This document shows positions 1 through 10,000 of a DNA stretch of 57,321 nt, piece after piece. Origin of the DNA: a virus (Duplodnaviria > Caudoviricetes); the IMG/VR virus record IMGVR_UViG_3300044723_001057, positions 1 to 57,321 of that record. One strand, given 5' to 3'. Made by a program: the position numbers and the translations under genes. The number at the start of each line of letters is the position of its first letter. Position 1 is the stretch's first letter. Under the pieces are notes generated by a model. That model was not told the DNA's origin, made no database searches, and saw nothing but the letters and a program-made list of their open reading frames with translations.

Positions 1-254
1 GTTTAACAGCACCACCTGCACCAATAAGATATGAACCTATATCACCAGTAATTTCTGATGCGGCTCCTGCAATACCTTCTCCATGATAAGGGTCAGTAAA
101 AGCAGATGCCATATCTTTAGCACGTTCAGGTGTAACCCCATCAAGGGTGTTTTTAATACTGTCATATGTATCTTTCTCTAAAGACGCACGTGCAGCCGCA
201 TCTCCTAAATTAAGCGCACCCTCTACAAATTGCCCTACTGCACGAGTAGGTGCT
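1..254. repeat. Terminal direct repeat, copy 1 (circular assembly overlap)
   Basis: Identical to 57068-57321 except C127 vs T57194; lies inside a coding sequence. Confidence 0.97.
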
Positions 255-499
255 AAAAAGAATTGGTCAACAAGAGTAGGTTCTGTTGGGTCAATACCTC
301 GCTCAATTAATTTTTTAATATGAGGTTGTTCTTTAAAAGCTTTAAACTTTTTATTCGCCTCTTTAAATTCTTTTGGATTAATACCTTTACTAGTAACAAT
401 TTCTCTGGCTACATCAGGCGTAAGTTTGCCCTGCCTTGAAAGTTCCTCCAAGGTATTTCTTGTTTCTCTAAATTCGTTTGATTTAAAACTAAGAGCCAT
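1..499 (-). CDS. 5' part of a large internal virion/ejection protein that continues across the junction into 53850-57321 (1238 aa total)
   Basis: ATG at 499 (MALSFKSNEFRE...) reads open for 129 codons into MASAFTDPY at position 112 (=57179); starts just after the stop of 505-2184. Confidence 0.85.
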   Translation of the reverse strand, partial: MALSFKSNEFRETRNTLEELSRQGKLTPDVAREIVTSKGINPKEFKEANKKFKAFKEQPHIKKLIERGIDPTEPTLVDQFFLAPTRAVGQFVEGALNLGDAAARASLEKDTYDSIKNTLDGVTPERAKDMASAFTDPYHGEGIAGAASEITGDIGSYLIGAGGAVK

Positions 500-504
500 G
501 CTTA

Positions 505-2184
505 TTACATATTATCCAGAGATTCATCCACTGACATATTACCACTAAAAGACGTGCCTTCAGGAATTTTTGCTGCTTCAGCCGTAGAATCGCTTGTTGT
601 TAATCCTTTGGCTTCATTAATTTTTCTTTCAAGAATTTCAAATGTTAAACTTTTTTGAGACTCTTTGCTTTTATAAGACGAAGGATTATCAGCAATTATT
701 GACATAGCTTCTTCTCTTGCACTTAAAGCTGCATCTGCAATTTTAGCACTATTATTACTTAAATCTGCACCTGCACCAAATAATGCTTTACCATATGTTA
801 ATAGGTCAGTACGATTTGGTAAACTTAAATCTGGAATAGATAAATCATAAAGAGTTTCTGCAACATCTACTCCAAGTTCTGCAAGTTTAAGTTCTGCTTC
901 CGCTTGGCTAATCTTTCCTTCAAGAAGCTGTGTCTGAATTTTATTTATTTCATTTTGCACAGTTTGCTTTTGTTCTTCTGCATAAGTAGCTGCACCTGCT
1001 AGTTGTGCGCCAATCCCTGCTTCAGGGTCAGCAGCAGCATAACCAAGAAGAAGGTCACTGATATAACTTACAGGAGATGAAGCTTCCTCTAAAGTCTTTT
1101 GTCTTTCTTCTGCAAGTCTTTGCTGCTCTTCCATTATTTTAGAAGATGTAGTACCGTATTTTTCTGTTGCTTCTTGATAACCAGCAGCAGCTTTTAAAAC
1201 AGCTTTAAGAGCATTTTCTTCTTCAGCGGCTTGACCTAGAGGAGATTCAGCAGTAACAGTACTATCGCCTACCATTGTACCACCAGCAAGTTCCTTAACT
1301 ACGCCAGATAATCCACCATTAGATTGGTATGCTACACGACCACCAGTATTAAAGAAACCAAAGCTACTACCAATTTTACCAACTGCACCAAGAACACCTG
1401 CAAGGTTTTGTGAAGAAGAAGGTTGAGCCATTGGCTGATACCTTGCTGTAGACTGGTAAGGATAACCATAAAGTGTAGACTGGTACTGACCAAGTGTAGT
1501 ATATGGATACTGTTGTTGCTGTTCAAACTCTTGACGTGCAATATCTAAACCAGCCTGTGTCATGCCACGCTGTGCTTCACCTATACCAGACAAAGCAGTA
1601 AGTTCTGTAAGAGCCTGTTTAGGTGCAGCTTGACCCAAGGCAGCAAGGCCAGAAGCTGCAGCACGTTCACGTTCTTTCTGTGCTTCAAATGCACGAAGAC
1701 CAGTTTCATAAGCAGCCTGAGAACCCTTAGTTTGAATATCACCAAGACGCTGTTGTAAGTTACGGATATTTTCTGCTTCAAGAATAGCTTGACGTGACCC
1801 ACCATAACCGCCAGCACCTGCTGCTTTTGCCCTTACCTGTTGCATAGGAACCTGTGATTGACGTACAGCCTCACGCTTTTCTACATCTACAACGGCTTGC
1901 TGGTATGGTGACATATACTGAGCAGCCATCTGTGGTGTAAACTGTTGTGTCTGTCCTAAAGTTAAAGCAGCAGCCGGAGCAAAGTACTGTTGACCTGTAC
2001 CAACCAAACCTGCAATACCTTGCATAGCAGCCAGTTCGTCAGGACTAAATCCTGCAATCTGTGGACCTGCATAGGTTTGGTAACCCAGTTCCTTCTTTTG
2101 CTCATAGATATTCTTAGCTTCTTTAAGAACATCTTTTAGACCAGATTTATAATCCTCTGGTACATCATATTGTGGGTCTGCCAT
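505..2184 (-). CDS. Internal virion/DNA ejection protein
   Basis: 559 aa, Q/A/G-rich; YMSPYQQAV and AGGYGGSRQA segments typical of podovirus ejection proteins; located after tail genes. Confidence 0.65.
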   Translation of the reverse strand: MADPQYDVPEDYKSGLKDVLKEAKNIYEQKKELGYQTYAGPQIAGFSPDELAAMQGIAGLVGTGQQYFAPAAALTLGQTQQFTPQMAAQYMSPYQQAVVDVEKREAVRQSQVPMQQVRAKAAGAGGYGGSRQAILEAENIRNLQQRLGDIQTKGSQAAYETGLRAFEAQKERERAAASGLAALGQAAPKQALTELTALSGIGEAQRGMTQAGLDIARQEFEQQQQYPYTTLGQYQSTLYGYPYQSTARYQPMAQPSSSQNLAGVLGAVGKIGSSFGFFNTGGRVAYQSNGGLSGVVKELAGGTMVGDSTVTAESPLGQAAEEENALKAVLKAAAGYQEATEKYGTTSSKIMEEQQRLAEERQKTLEEASSPVSYISDLLLGYAAADPEAGIGAQLAGAATYAEEQKQTVQNEINKIQTQLLEGKISQAEAELKLAELGVDVAETLYDLSIPDLSLPNRTDLLTYGKALFGAGADLSNNSAKIADAALSAREEAMSIIADNPSSYKSKESQKSLTFEILERKINEAKGLTTSDSTAEAAKIPEGTSFSGNMSVDESLDNM

Positions 2185-2909
2185 TACTTCAACTCCTCAA
2201 GTTTTTTGTCACCGTCAATTTCTTTAATTTGTTTTTTAGTTCCAGTAGATGACATACGCACATCATCTAAGAACTTATCTAGTTTTTCCGCACCTGCATC
2301 AGATGAACCATTACCTAAGTTAGATACTACATCTGCAGGAATTACATATTCATCCCGGCTAAGAAGGGCATTCTTAATTACAGGGTCACCTTTTACCTTA
2401 AACCCTATGTCATCAGACATCCCATCACCACCATTATTATTTACATCTATCATGCCTTCAAACGGTCTACCACCGCCGCTAACTGCTCCACCCTTTCTTA
2501 ACATAGCAGGAAGACCTTGCATGGCTTCAGTGGGCAGCATAGGCTGTTCTACGGTAGGTTGAGGCTGTGGCATAGACATAGGTGGCTGTTCCATAGCCAT
2601 TTCTTCTTCCATGTCATCAGCATTATAATCAGCAATCTTATTACGACCAAAGTTCATAAGTTCCTGCATGGCTTCTTTACCAGACACATCCTGATTCATA
2701 AGACCTGCAATACCACTAAATGCTTCTTCTAAGTTAAATGCTTCTGGTAAACCAGTACGTGGATTGATAGTTAGTTTACCCATAGAGCGAAGAACATTCA
2801 TTTCTGGCTTAGACATATGGACAAGTTCAGAATCTCCCTGCCTACCTTTTAATGCAAGAAGACTAGATATGCCACTCATAGGGGCTTGTCTGTTAATATA
2901 GTACGCCAT
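2184..2909 (-). CDS. Putative internal virion protein
   Basis: 241 aa; GRQGDSELVH...INPRTGLPEAF and GDGMSDDI...LSRDEYVIPADVVS.LGNGSSDAGA motifs; TAATG coupling with neighbours. Confidence 0.6.
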   Translation of the reverse strand: MAYYINRQAPMSGISSLLALKGRQGDSELVHMSKPEMNVLRSMGKLTINPRTGLPEAFNLEEAFSGIAGLMNQDVSGKEAMQELMNFGRNKIADYNADDMEEEMAMEQPPMSMPQPQPTVEQPMLPTEAMQGLPAMLRKGGAVSGGGRPFEGMIDVNNNGGDGMSDDIGFKVKGDPVIKNALLSRDEYVIPADVVSNLGNGSSDAGAEKLDKFLDDVRMSSTGTKKQIKEIDGDKKLEELK

Positions 2910-3124
2910 TATGTATTTACCTTGTTTGGTGACATATAGTTAGATTGTGCCTTAGTCATATCTGCTTGAAAGTTACTGCTCTTATTATACAACGAACCAA
3001 GGTTTAATGCCATACCCTGAGTTGTTTTTGTTCCAAAATAATCATTAGTTTGTACTACGCCCTTATTAATATTAGTAACATATGTACCATTATTAAGCAT
3101 ATCAAAGTATTCTTGCTTGTTCAT
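2909..3124 (-). CDS. Hypothetical protein
   Basis: 71 aa; stop/start overlap on both sides. Confidence 0.65.
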   Translation of the reverse strand: MNKQEYFDMLNNGTYVTNINKGVVQTNDYFGTKTTQGMALNLGSLYNKSSNFQADMTKAQSNYMSPNKVNT

Positions 3125-3396
3125 TAGTTAAAATCCACCCATCCAGTTCCGCTAACATAGCCTCTAAACTTACCTGCACTTGCAGCAAATACAATATCAC
3201 CATTAGCTGGTCTACCTATAGATGCCACAGTTACCACTGTTAATACTTTAGTTGTAGGTCTACTATCTACCTGATTATCTCTAGTATCTAATTCATAGCT
3301 TAACAGGTCTGCAAACTGTCTAATTTCTCTGTACAGTTCTTCTGGTGTCATGCCCCTTGTCATATTGTATACAGGCAGTCTTGGATAGTTAGCCAT
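3124..3396 (-). CDS. Hypothetical tail-associated protein
   Basis: 90 aa; translationally coupled in tail operon. Confidence 0.65.
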   Translation of the reverse strand: MANYPRLPVYNMTRGMTPEELYREIRQFADLLSYELDTRDNQVDSRPTTKVLTVVTVASIGRPANGDIVFAASAGKFRGYVSGTGWVDFN

Positions 3397-5234
3397 TATC
3401 TCATACCATCAGGTTGAATGTTAGCACGAACTGCACCCCAACGCCAAGAACTATCTGAACTTGCAGATACAATAATCTTAGCCTGTCTACCACGCCCACG
3501 TAAATCAACCTTCTTTGTCGTTTGTTGAATAGTATATGGCCCTTTTGTTATAGCTGTACTATTAGGATACTCTTGGAACTGCAGTGTTAGTTCAACCGTA
3601 CCATTGTTTGTAATAGTGTAGTCAGGAATAATCCTGTCAACAAACATAATTTGTTCGCCATCTTCTATCTCAAACTCACCAGATTCTAAGAATGATGGAA
3701 GAATTTTACCATCACCTTTGTATTCATCTTTAGGCTCATTGTTCCATACATACCTAGCGGCAGTAGCAGACACACGACCTGTAGCTATTGTGTTCTCATA
3801 TACACTATGGTCTACATATGTAGAGTAGAAGCTAGAACCAAATACCCAGTGGTTTTCTTTGTAGTTGTAGATAACATAGCTGTCAGGTTCTGTAGCAAAC
3901 TCTGAACAATACAGCCAGATAATTTCATTAAACTCTGAGTTTGTTCCTGCAAATACTTTATCTTTGTTTACTTCATTAAAGCTTTCGTATAAATATCTAC
4001 GTACAGTACATTCTAAGTTTCTTACACGTCCATCAAAAGCATAGAAGTTATTCTCACCCATCCAGTATGCAATACCATCTACGTCAACTGCAGCGTGTGG
4101 CGCAATTAGGCCACAATTTGTACCTACCTGCTGAAAGTTAAAAATAAAAGGTGGACCAGCAAACTGCTGTGTATACATAGCATTGTCAGTCCAAATATTA
4201 ATTGCATTACGTGAACGAATAGCACCACGGATTTCTGTACCACCTGTAAGGATTACTTCACCTGACGTAGAAGAAATAGATGGTGTCCAGTTGTTAAAGT
4301 TTTCTTGGTCTGACCAGCGAACCAGCATTGGGTTATAGTCACCAGTACCAAACTCATTAGAACCATAAGCAATAAGATGTCTGTCATTAGGAGACACACG
4401 AATATAATTATTTACTGAAGGTGCTGCAGAAACAACTACTGCACGTTCTGGTGTAATGGAAGCATCTACATCCAAGTAGAATATCTTACCACCACGCCGA
4501 CAGGCTACCATGTCTTCACCCCAATTGTCTAATGACCACTGTGAGTTCTTAAATGTAATAGCACCTGTAGCTGCTGGTCTATTCCATGCACGTCCACCAC
4601 TTGTACTTACACCTGCATTATATGTACCTGCGCCATAACCAGTACCTTGTACAGGTACGGTATTTTCTACAGGTAAAATAAATTCTAAGTCTGCTGTGCC
4701 ACCGTCAGTTACTGCAGCTACTGCAGATGTTGTGGCAGAAATAGTAAAGTTGTTAAGACTGCCTACGGCAACTACAGAATATTCGCCAGATAAAAGTATG
4801 CCACTATTACCAATACTAGTTGCAGAAGTAATATAAATACGGTCATTGACAGACACCCCATGGTTTGTTATACTAATACTTACAAGAGGAGAATTTAATT
4901 GTGTATTCATTACACTAGTAAGTGTAGCTGCTGATACAAAAGGAGTACTATCATATAGTTGATTTGAATCTACTACGTACAAAAACTTTTCTGTACCAAA
5001 GGACATAAGCTTCTTAGTGTCATTGTCTGACCAAGTAATAAGGTCACGAGCAATACCAGTAAAGGCAGTATCATTAACTGCCTTAGTGTAACCTCTTAGG
5101 TTCTCAGGTTTGCCTTCCCTGAACCTAACTCTGTTACCATCATACCACTTACCTTCTTCTGCATACTGTGTAGATTCTCTGTGAAATCCCGGTACGAACT
5201 CAAGTTTGGCAAGCTTTCCTGAAGTAGAAGCCAT
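3396..5234 (-). CDS. Tail nozzle/stabilisation protein (P22 gp10/T7 gp12-like position)
   Basis: 612 aa beta-rich; VRWSDQEN and C-terminal RGRGRQ motifs; upstream of ejection genes. Confidence 0.6.
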   Translation of the reverse strand: MASTSGKLAKLEFVPGFHRESTQYAEEGKWYDGNRVRFREGKPENLRGYTKAVNDTAFTGIARDLITWSDNDTKKLMSFGTEKFLYVVDSNQLYDSTPFVSAATLTSVMNTQLNSPLVSISITNHGVSVNDRIYITSATSIGNSGILLSGEYSVVAVGSLNNFTISATTSAVAAVTDGGTADLEFILPVENTVPVQGTGYGAGTYNAGVSTSGGRAWNRPAATGAITFKNSQWSLDNWGEDMVACRRGGKIFYLDVDASITPERAVVVSAAPSVNNYIRVSPNDRHLIAYGSNEFGTGDYNPMLVRWSDQENFNNWTPSISSTSGEVILTGGTEIRGAIRSRNAINIWTDNAMYTQQFAGPPFIFNFQQVGTNCGLIAPHAAVDVDGIAYWMGENNFYAFDGRVRNLECTVRRYLYESFNEVNKDKVFAGTNSEFNEIIWLYCSEFATEPDSYVIYNYKENHWVFGSSFYSTYVDHSVYENTIATGRVSATAARYVWNNEPKDEYKGDGKILPSFLESGEFEIEDGEQIMFVDRIIPDYTITNNGTVELTLQFQEYPNSTAITKGPYTIQQTTKKVDLRGRGRQAKIIVSASSDSSWRWGAVRANIQPDGMR

Positions 5235-5237
5235 GTC

Positions 5238-6302
5238 TTACCTTGTAAAGTTTTGAATTGCTGCTGCGTCAATGAATGCAGTTGTTACCGTTACGGCTGC
5301 TGTTACTGTTGTAGCTACACTACGAACACTATATACCAGCATATCAACTGCAGAAATAGATGTTGTAATTGTTGGAACTGTACCACTTACAAACTTAAAG
5401 TCGTTTGCATATGATAATGTTTTACCACCAGATGTTTGTTCTTGGATAACATAAATAATACCTTGTTGACCAACTTTAATATTATCTGGTTGACGTAGCG
5501 TACTATCTGCGCTAAGATACACAATAAAGTTATTACCTGCAGTCATGTCAACAGCAAAGATACTAGTATCAGAAACAGCAACAGTAACAAGAGGTGAATA
5601 TGTTTGACCAGTAACAATGTTTTCAGCAGCCATAGTATTAGTATAGCCAGCACTTGTATTTACATAACGAATGTCTGTGGTAGACAACGCCATCAGTGCA
5701 GGATTTACTACTGAAGTATTAGAAATAAATGTACTTACGCCAGTTGCAGTAACAGATGTTACAGGGTCAACTGTTGTAGTTTCAATTTCTCCAATGCTTG
5801 TGATTACACTACGTGTTGCTGCACCTGAACTACCACCGGGAATACCAAGACCTGCTGTGTCAATTCCATGAACATTAGTACCGTCAGTAGTAATAAGGAA
5901 TGTGCTAGTCCCTGTTGTTGTAGTTGGAACTACAAAGCCTGTTGCAGTTGCACCAGTATTCATAATACGAACAGTACCAGTAGCAGAGGCTTGTGTTATT
6001 TTATTATGAATTACATATGTTTTGGAAACTGCAGGAAGGACAATGTTGGCGGCTGATGCACTAACTACATATCCTTGTAGTTCAAGAGTTGCCGCACGTG
6101 CTTCGTCTGCCGCACCGTTATTAGTTGTCAGTGAGTTGTCGTTTACAATCTGTGTGCCAGATGTACCAATAGTTACATAAGCACCAACAGCGTCATCAAG
6201 CAAGTCAATGACGTTCTGGTTTAGGATATCACCCCATGAATTGGGATTTTCACCGTCTGCCTGTTTCTCTATTCGGATTCTGGTGGTATAGCTTGAAGGC
6301 AT
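5238..6302 (-). CDS. Tail/fibre-associated structural protein
   Basis: 354 aa, T/S/V-rich; N-terminal GENPNSWGDILNQN; C-terminal fibre-tip-like domain resembling the end of 10883-13300. Confidence 0.6.
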   Translation of the reverse strand: MPSSYTTRIRIEKQADGENPNSWGDILNQNVIDLLDDAVGAYVTIGTSGTQIVNDNSLTTNNGAADEARAATLELQGYVVSASAANIVLPAVSKTYVIHNKITQASATGTVRIMNTGATATGFVVPTTTTGTSTFLITTDGTNVHGIDTAGLGIPGGSSGAATRSVITSIGEIETTTVDPVTSVTATGVSTFISNTSVVNPALMALSTTDIRYVNTSAGYTNTMAAENIVTGQTYSPLVTVAVSDTSIFAVDMTAGNNFIVYLSADSTLRQPDNIKVGQQGIIYVIQEQTSGGKTLSYANDFKFVSGTVPTITTSISAVDMLVYSVRSVATTVTAAVTVTTAFIDAAAIQNFTR

Positions 6303-6334
6303 ATCTTAGTTCCTATTCTTAAACTGTTGCTACT

Positions 6335-6363
6335 ATTATATACTATTTACGGTGGTCAGACAA
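6335..6363 (-). promoter_or_regulatory. Sigma70-like promoter for tail/ejection genes
   Basis: TTGTCT-17 nt-TATAAT on the minus strand, upstream of ATG 6302. Confidence 0.55.
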
Positions 6364-6573
6364 TATACGGTCTAATTTATCTTCTACACGGTGCAAGGCT
6401 TCCATAACCCTATCTATATCTTCTTTTAGTTCATTACGTGTTGCATATTCTTCTCTTGTTCTATTAAGAAGAATCTCAAGACGCTTTACTTCTTTGGTAG
6501 TATTATTAGCCCACCAACCAAAAGCACTAGCAATTACCATTAAAAGAATATCTATAAGGCTATTCATTTCCAT
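6343..6573 (-). CDS. Small membrane-anchored coiled-coil protein
   Basis: 76 aa; N-terminal hydrophobic helix then coiled coil. Confidence 0.65.
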   Translation of the reverse strand: MEMNSLIDILLMVIASAFGWWANNTTKEVKRLEILLNRTREEYATRNELKEDIDRVMEALHRVEDKLDRILSDHRK

Positions 6574-7055
6574 TAGAAGTCCTCTAGTTTGGGCCAGTTA
6601 TTAATTGGTGCAGCTTCTTCACCTTCTGCCACTTCCATTAAAGCTTTTAATTCGTTTATACTAATTGTCTTGTCAATTAAGTTTTCTATTTCATTTGACT
6701 TAGCACGTACTGCTCTGCGATAATTCTTAATATTAGTAGGACAGTTAGTACCTTCTTCTACTTCACGTGTTACATACCAATCAGTAGAACTAAGAAAACT
6801 ACCTGCAGTTTGTTTTGTATTAGCAATCTCACCAGCTTTAAGTTCTGCTAAGTCACGTGGAATAAGATTACCATCCAAGTCTCTACCAAAGTAAAAACGA
6901 TTATCATGAGGTGTAGGTGGTTCTTCCCACACCAAACCTTTAGATGCTTTAGTTTCTGCAGACCAACGCACCCATGAAGAAGGATGCTGGATACCGTAGT
7001 CATCCTGCCATGCTCTTCCTTCTTTAATAATTCTTGCTTTATATTTCCAAGGCAT
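6573..7055 (-). CDS. Tail fibre assembly chaperone-like protein
   Basis: 160 aa; LSSTDWYVTR...YRRAVR...WP pattern; directly after the fibre gene. Confidence 0.6.
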   Translation of the reverse strand: MPWKYKARIIKEGRAWQDDYGIQHPSSWVRWSAETKASKGLVWEEPPTPHDNRFYFGRDLDGNLIPRDLAELKAGEIANTKQTAGSFLSSTDWYVTREVEEGTNCPTNIKNYRRAVRAKSNEIENLIDKTISINELKALMEVAEGEEAAPINNWPKLEDF

Positions 7056-7067
7056 ACTTATATTCTC

Positions 7068-10000
7068 CTATCGTGCATTGGCATATTTAAATGGTTGTTC
7101 GGCAAAGGCGAGGTAGATAAATGTGTCGTTATTCTGGTTCATCTGTGCCTGACTACTGCGTATCTTAAAGCCATTAGAAACAAAATCAACAAATGGCGTT
7201 GCTGCTGACGACCCAGTGACTTCAGCGGCATTTGTATTTGCAACAAGCCCATTACTAACGGGGTTATAGGTGTTTCTAGTGTTGTCAATTATAGTCCACT
7301 GACTACCATTTGTTTTCATCTTGGTAAGCAGAAAAGCTGGCCTGAACCCTGTGTAGACAAACGGTCCATTTGCATTGGCGTTGCCGACATATGAGCCGAC
7401 CTTGCTGTAGCCTTCAACACTATGGAAACAGTAGGCTATCATAGCGTTTCCACTACCATTTGTTTCTACACCGTTATCTACACCAAAAACCTGATTGGTG
7501 TGTGTGCCGAAATTAGCCGGAGCGTTGTTTTCTGCAGCAGTAAGATTTAAATATAAAACTCTTTCACTGGTTAAATCTTTATTCCAAACAGTCCAGTTTT
7601 GTGCGCTATCCCTGTTTTTTACAAAAATGATTTCAGGCGTTTCTAATAAGCCGTGTCCGACAGTTGCACCAGTAGTTAAATTACCTGTATAGGAAACTAT
7701 AGAAAAACCTGCATCCTGATTAGCCGATACGCTTGACGCTATGCTTGGGACACCAGTGCTATATGTGTCAACGGCAATTGTTGATGCTGTGCCACCAGCT
7801 TTCCAGTTCCATGATACATATGAACCGCCAGATAAATTTACTTGTGCTGGTGTGCTAACGGTAAACCCATTATAATCTCTACTATCAACTCTTGGAAATG
7901 CAGTATATTCAGCATCACTTGCATCTGATAATAATGTTCCATTGGGATAACCAACCACAGAATTTACAAGCTGATGGTTGTATGTACTAGTTCTTGATTT
8001 AATCCAAGTAAAATCAGGACTAGTTATACCTTCTACTGGAATGTTATCATCTACCAATGCAAGGAAGCCTGTAGGTGGTGTGTAGTAGAAGCTACCATAG
8101 CCATTACCATCTGCAGCACCTGCACCGCCTGTGGCATTACCAGCAAAGCTATCATCAGCACCAAAGTTATATACTTGTGCGCCACCCTGATACACCAAAC
8201 TGTAAGATGTAAAACCTTCTGTACTACTTAATGACGTAAAAGCAGGGGTGCCACTGTTTTGTACTGTTCCATTTTTATAAAATTTTACTGTTCCAGCATC
8301 TAAATCTAATGCTACGCCAATAATATCTCCTGTTGTCCAAGCATCTCCATAAGATGTGCTAGATGAATTGTTGCGCTTATTGCCATCTGTTTGATATTGA
8401 TAAGAGTCTGCTGAATTATATAAAGCGTAGCTGTCACTCTGTAAATTGTTTGGCTTTTTAGCAATGCCAACGCTGTTAGAACCAGCGTCTGTTCTGATGT
8501 ACACTTCCCAATACCACTTACCAGTATTTACTGCAAAAGTACTAACTACAGCAGGGTTTGTGCCTGTTTGTGTACTACTAAAATCAAGGTTTCCTTCAGC
8601 AAATGTTTGTGTTGTGCTATTTACATAATTTGGGTCTAACGTAGCAAAGTTCTGTGTAGGGCTATCACCCATCTGGTCAGTTGTTGCAATGTTAGTTGCA
8701 CTAAAGTTGTTAGCATTACCTGAACTATCTGTACCTAATGCATTAGCAGTTGAGTTATCAGAGAAGTCAAGATAGAAACCATTATCACCATATGTACCTG
8801 AATAAGCTTTAGGAATCCAATAGCCATTAGAACCATATTGACCAAAAGATGTTGGGTCTAATTCTTGTCCATCTATATAGTAATATTCAGCAAGATAACC
8901 ATCCCAACAATTTGAACTAGAATTACTACTAATGTAAAAATTATAACGACTGTCGTAACTTAATATATCCCAGCTTTTTCCAGAAGCTAGTGAACCAACT
9001 GTTACTGTTTGTGAAGTTTCAACACCGTCAATATAAAACTTAACTGTACCATTTGTACCATTTATTGCTACTACACAATGATGCCACGCTGATGTGTCTG
9101 TAATAGTAGTATCTGATTCAACAATTACCTGTGTGTTACTTGAATCAAAACTATTAAGTGACAGTTTATCACTACGGAATTGAACACCCCCATAACCACT
9201 GGCTTCAAAATAAATATTATCTTGTGAACCACCAAGTTCACCACGTTTTATCCAAAACGAAAATGTACCTATAGCAGTACTTGTACCTGCATCACTATAT
9301 GTTACACTTAAATAAGAAGTATCATCGTCATTTAATCTAAGACTATTACCAACAGTAACAACATCTATAGGATGCTGTGCGCCACCTGAACCAATGTGTT
9401 GTGTTGCACCAGTACCTGTGTATAGGATAGGTTCAAAGTAATCATCAGACTGTTGACCTGAAGCTAGTTGAGGACCAATGGCTGGGTCTGCTATATTAGA
9501 TGCTTTAATTTCTTTATATGAAGCATCACCGTAATCCCAAAGATTTCTGTCAACTCTAATTTTATGACCACCAGTTACGTTGTAACCGTTGCCACTAAAA
9601 ATTGTCCAGTCCGTTCCCGTTAGACCAGAATCATAATAACCAGTTCCTGCACTTGGGTCGGCTGAATTAAACCAAGTGCCGTTTCTGCCAATATAGAACT
9701 TGCCATCTTTAATCAGGTACATCCAAACATCATTAGCCGCACCAGCGACACTTAAATCACCAGTTTGAACACCATCTAAATAATACCAAAAAGTATTGCC
9801 ACCGCCAGCACCTCTTCTATAAACACCCCACCAACCAGACCTGTCACTATCTCCCGGAATACCACCATACTGATTTATTGAATCTGTAAAATTCATCATA
9901 CCATGTGTACAACCAGCACCCGGAGTACCTGTGTGAGTTACTTCGTAATAATATCCATCTGTGTCTGTAGCATCAAAAGTAACAGTTCCTGCATATCCAG

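Noticed and set aside
1-254. T7-like biological direct terminal repeat
   Set aside because: The repeat lies in the middle of an ORF, which is typical of assembly circularisation.
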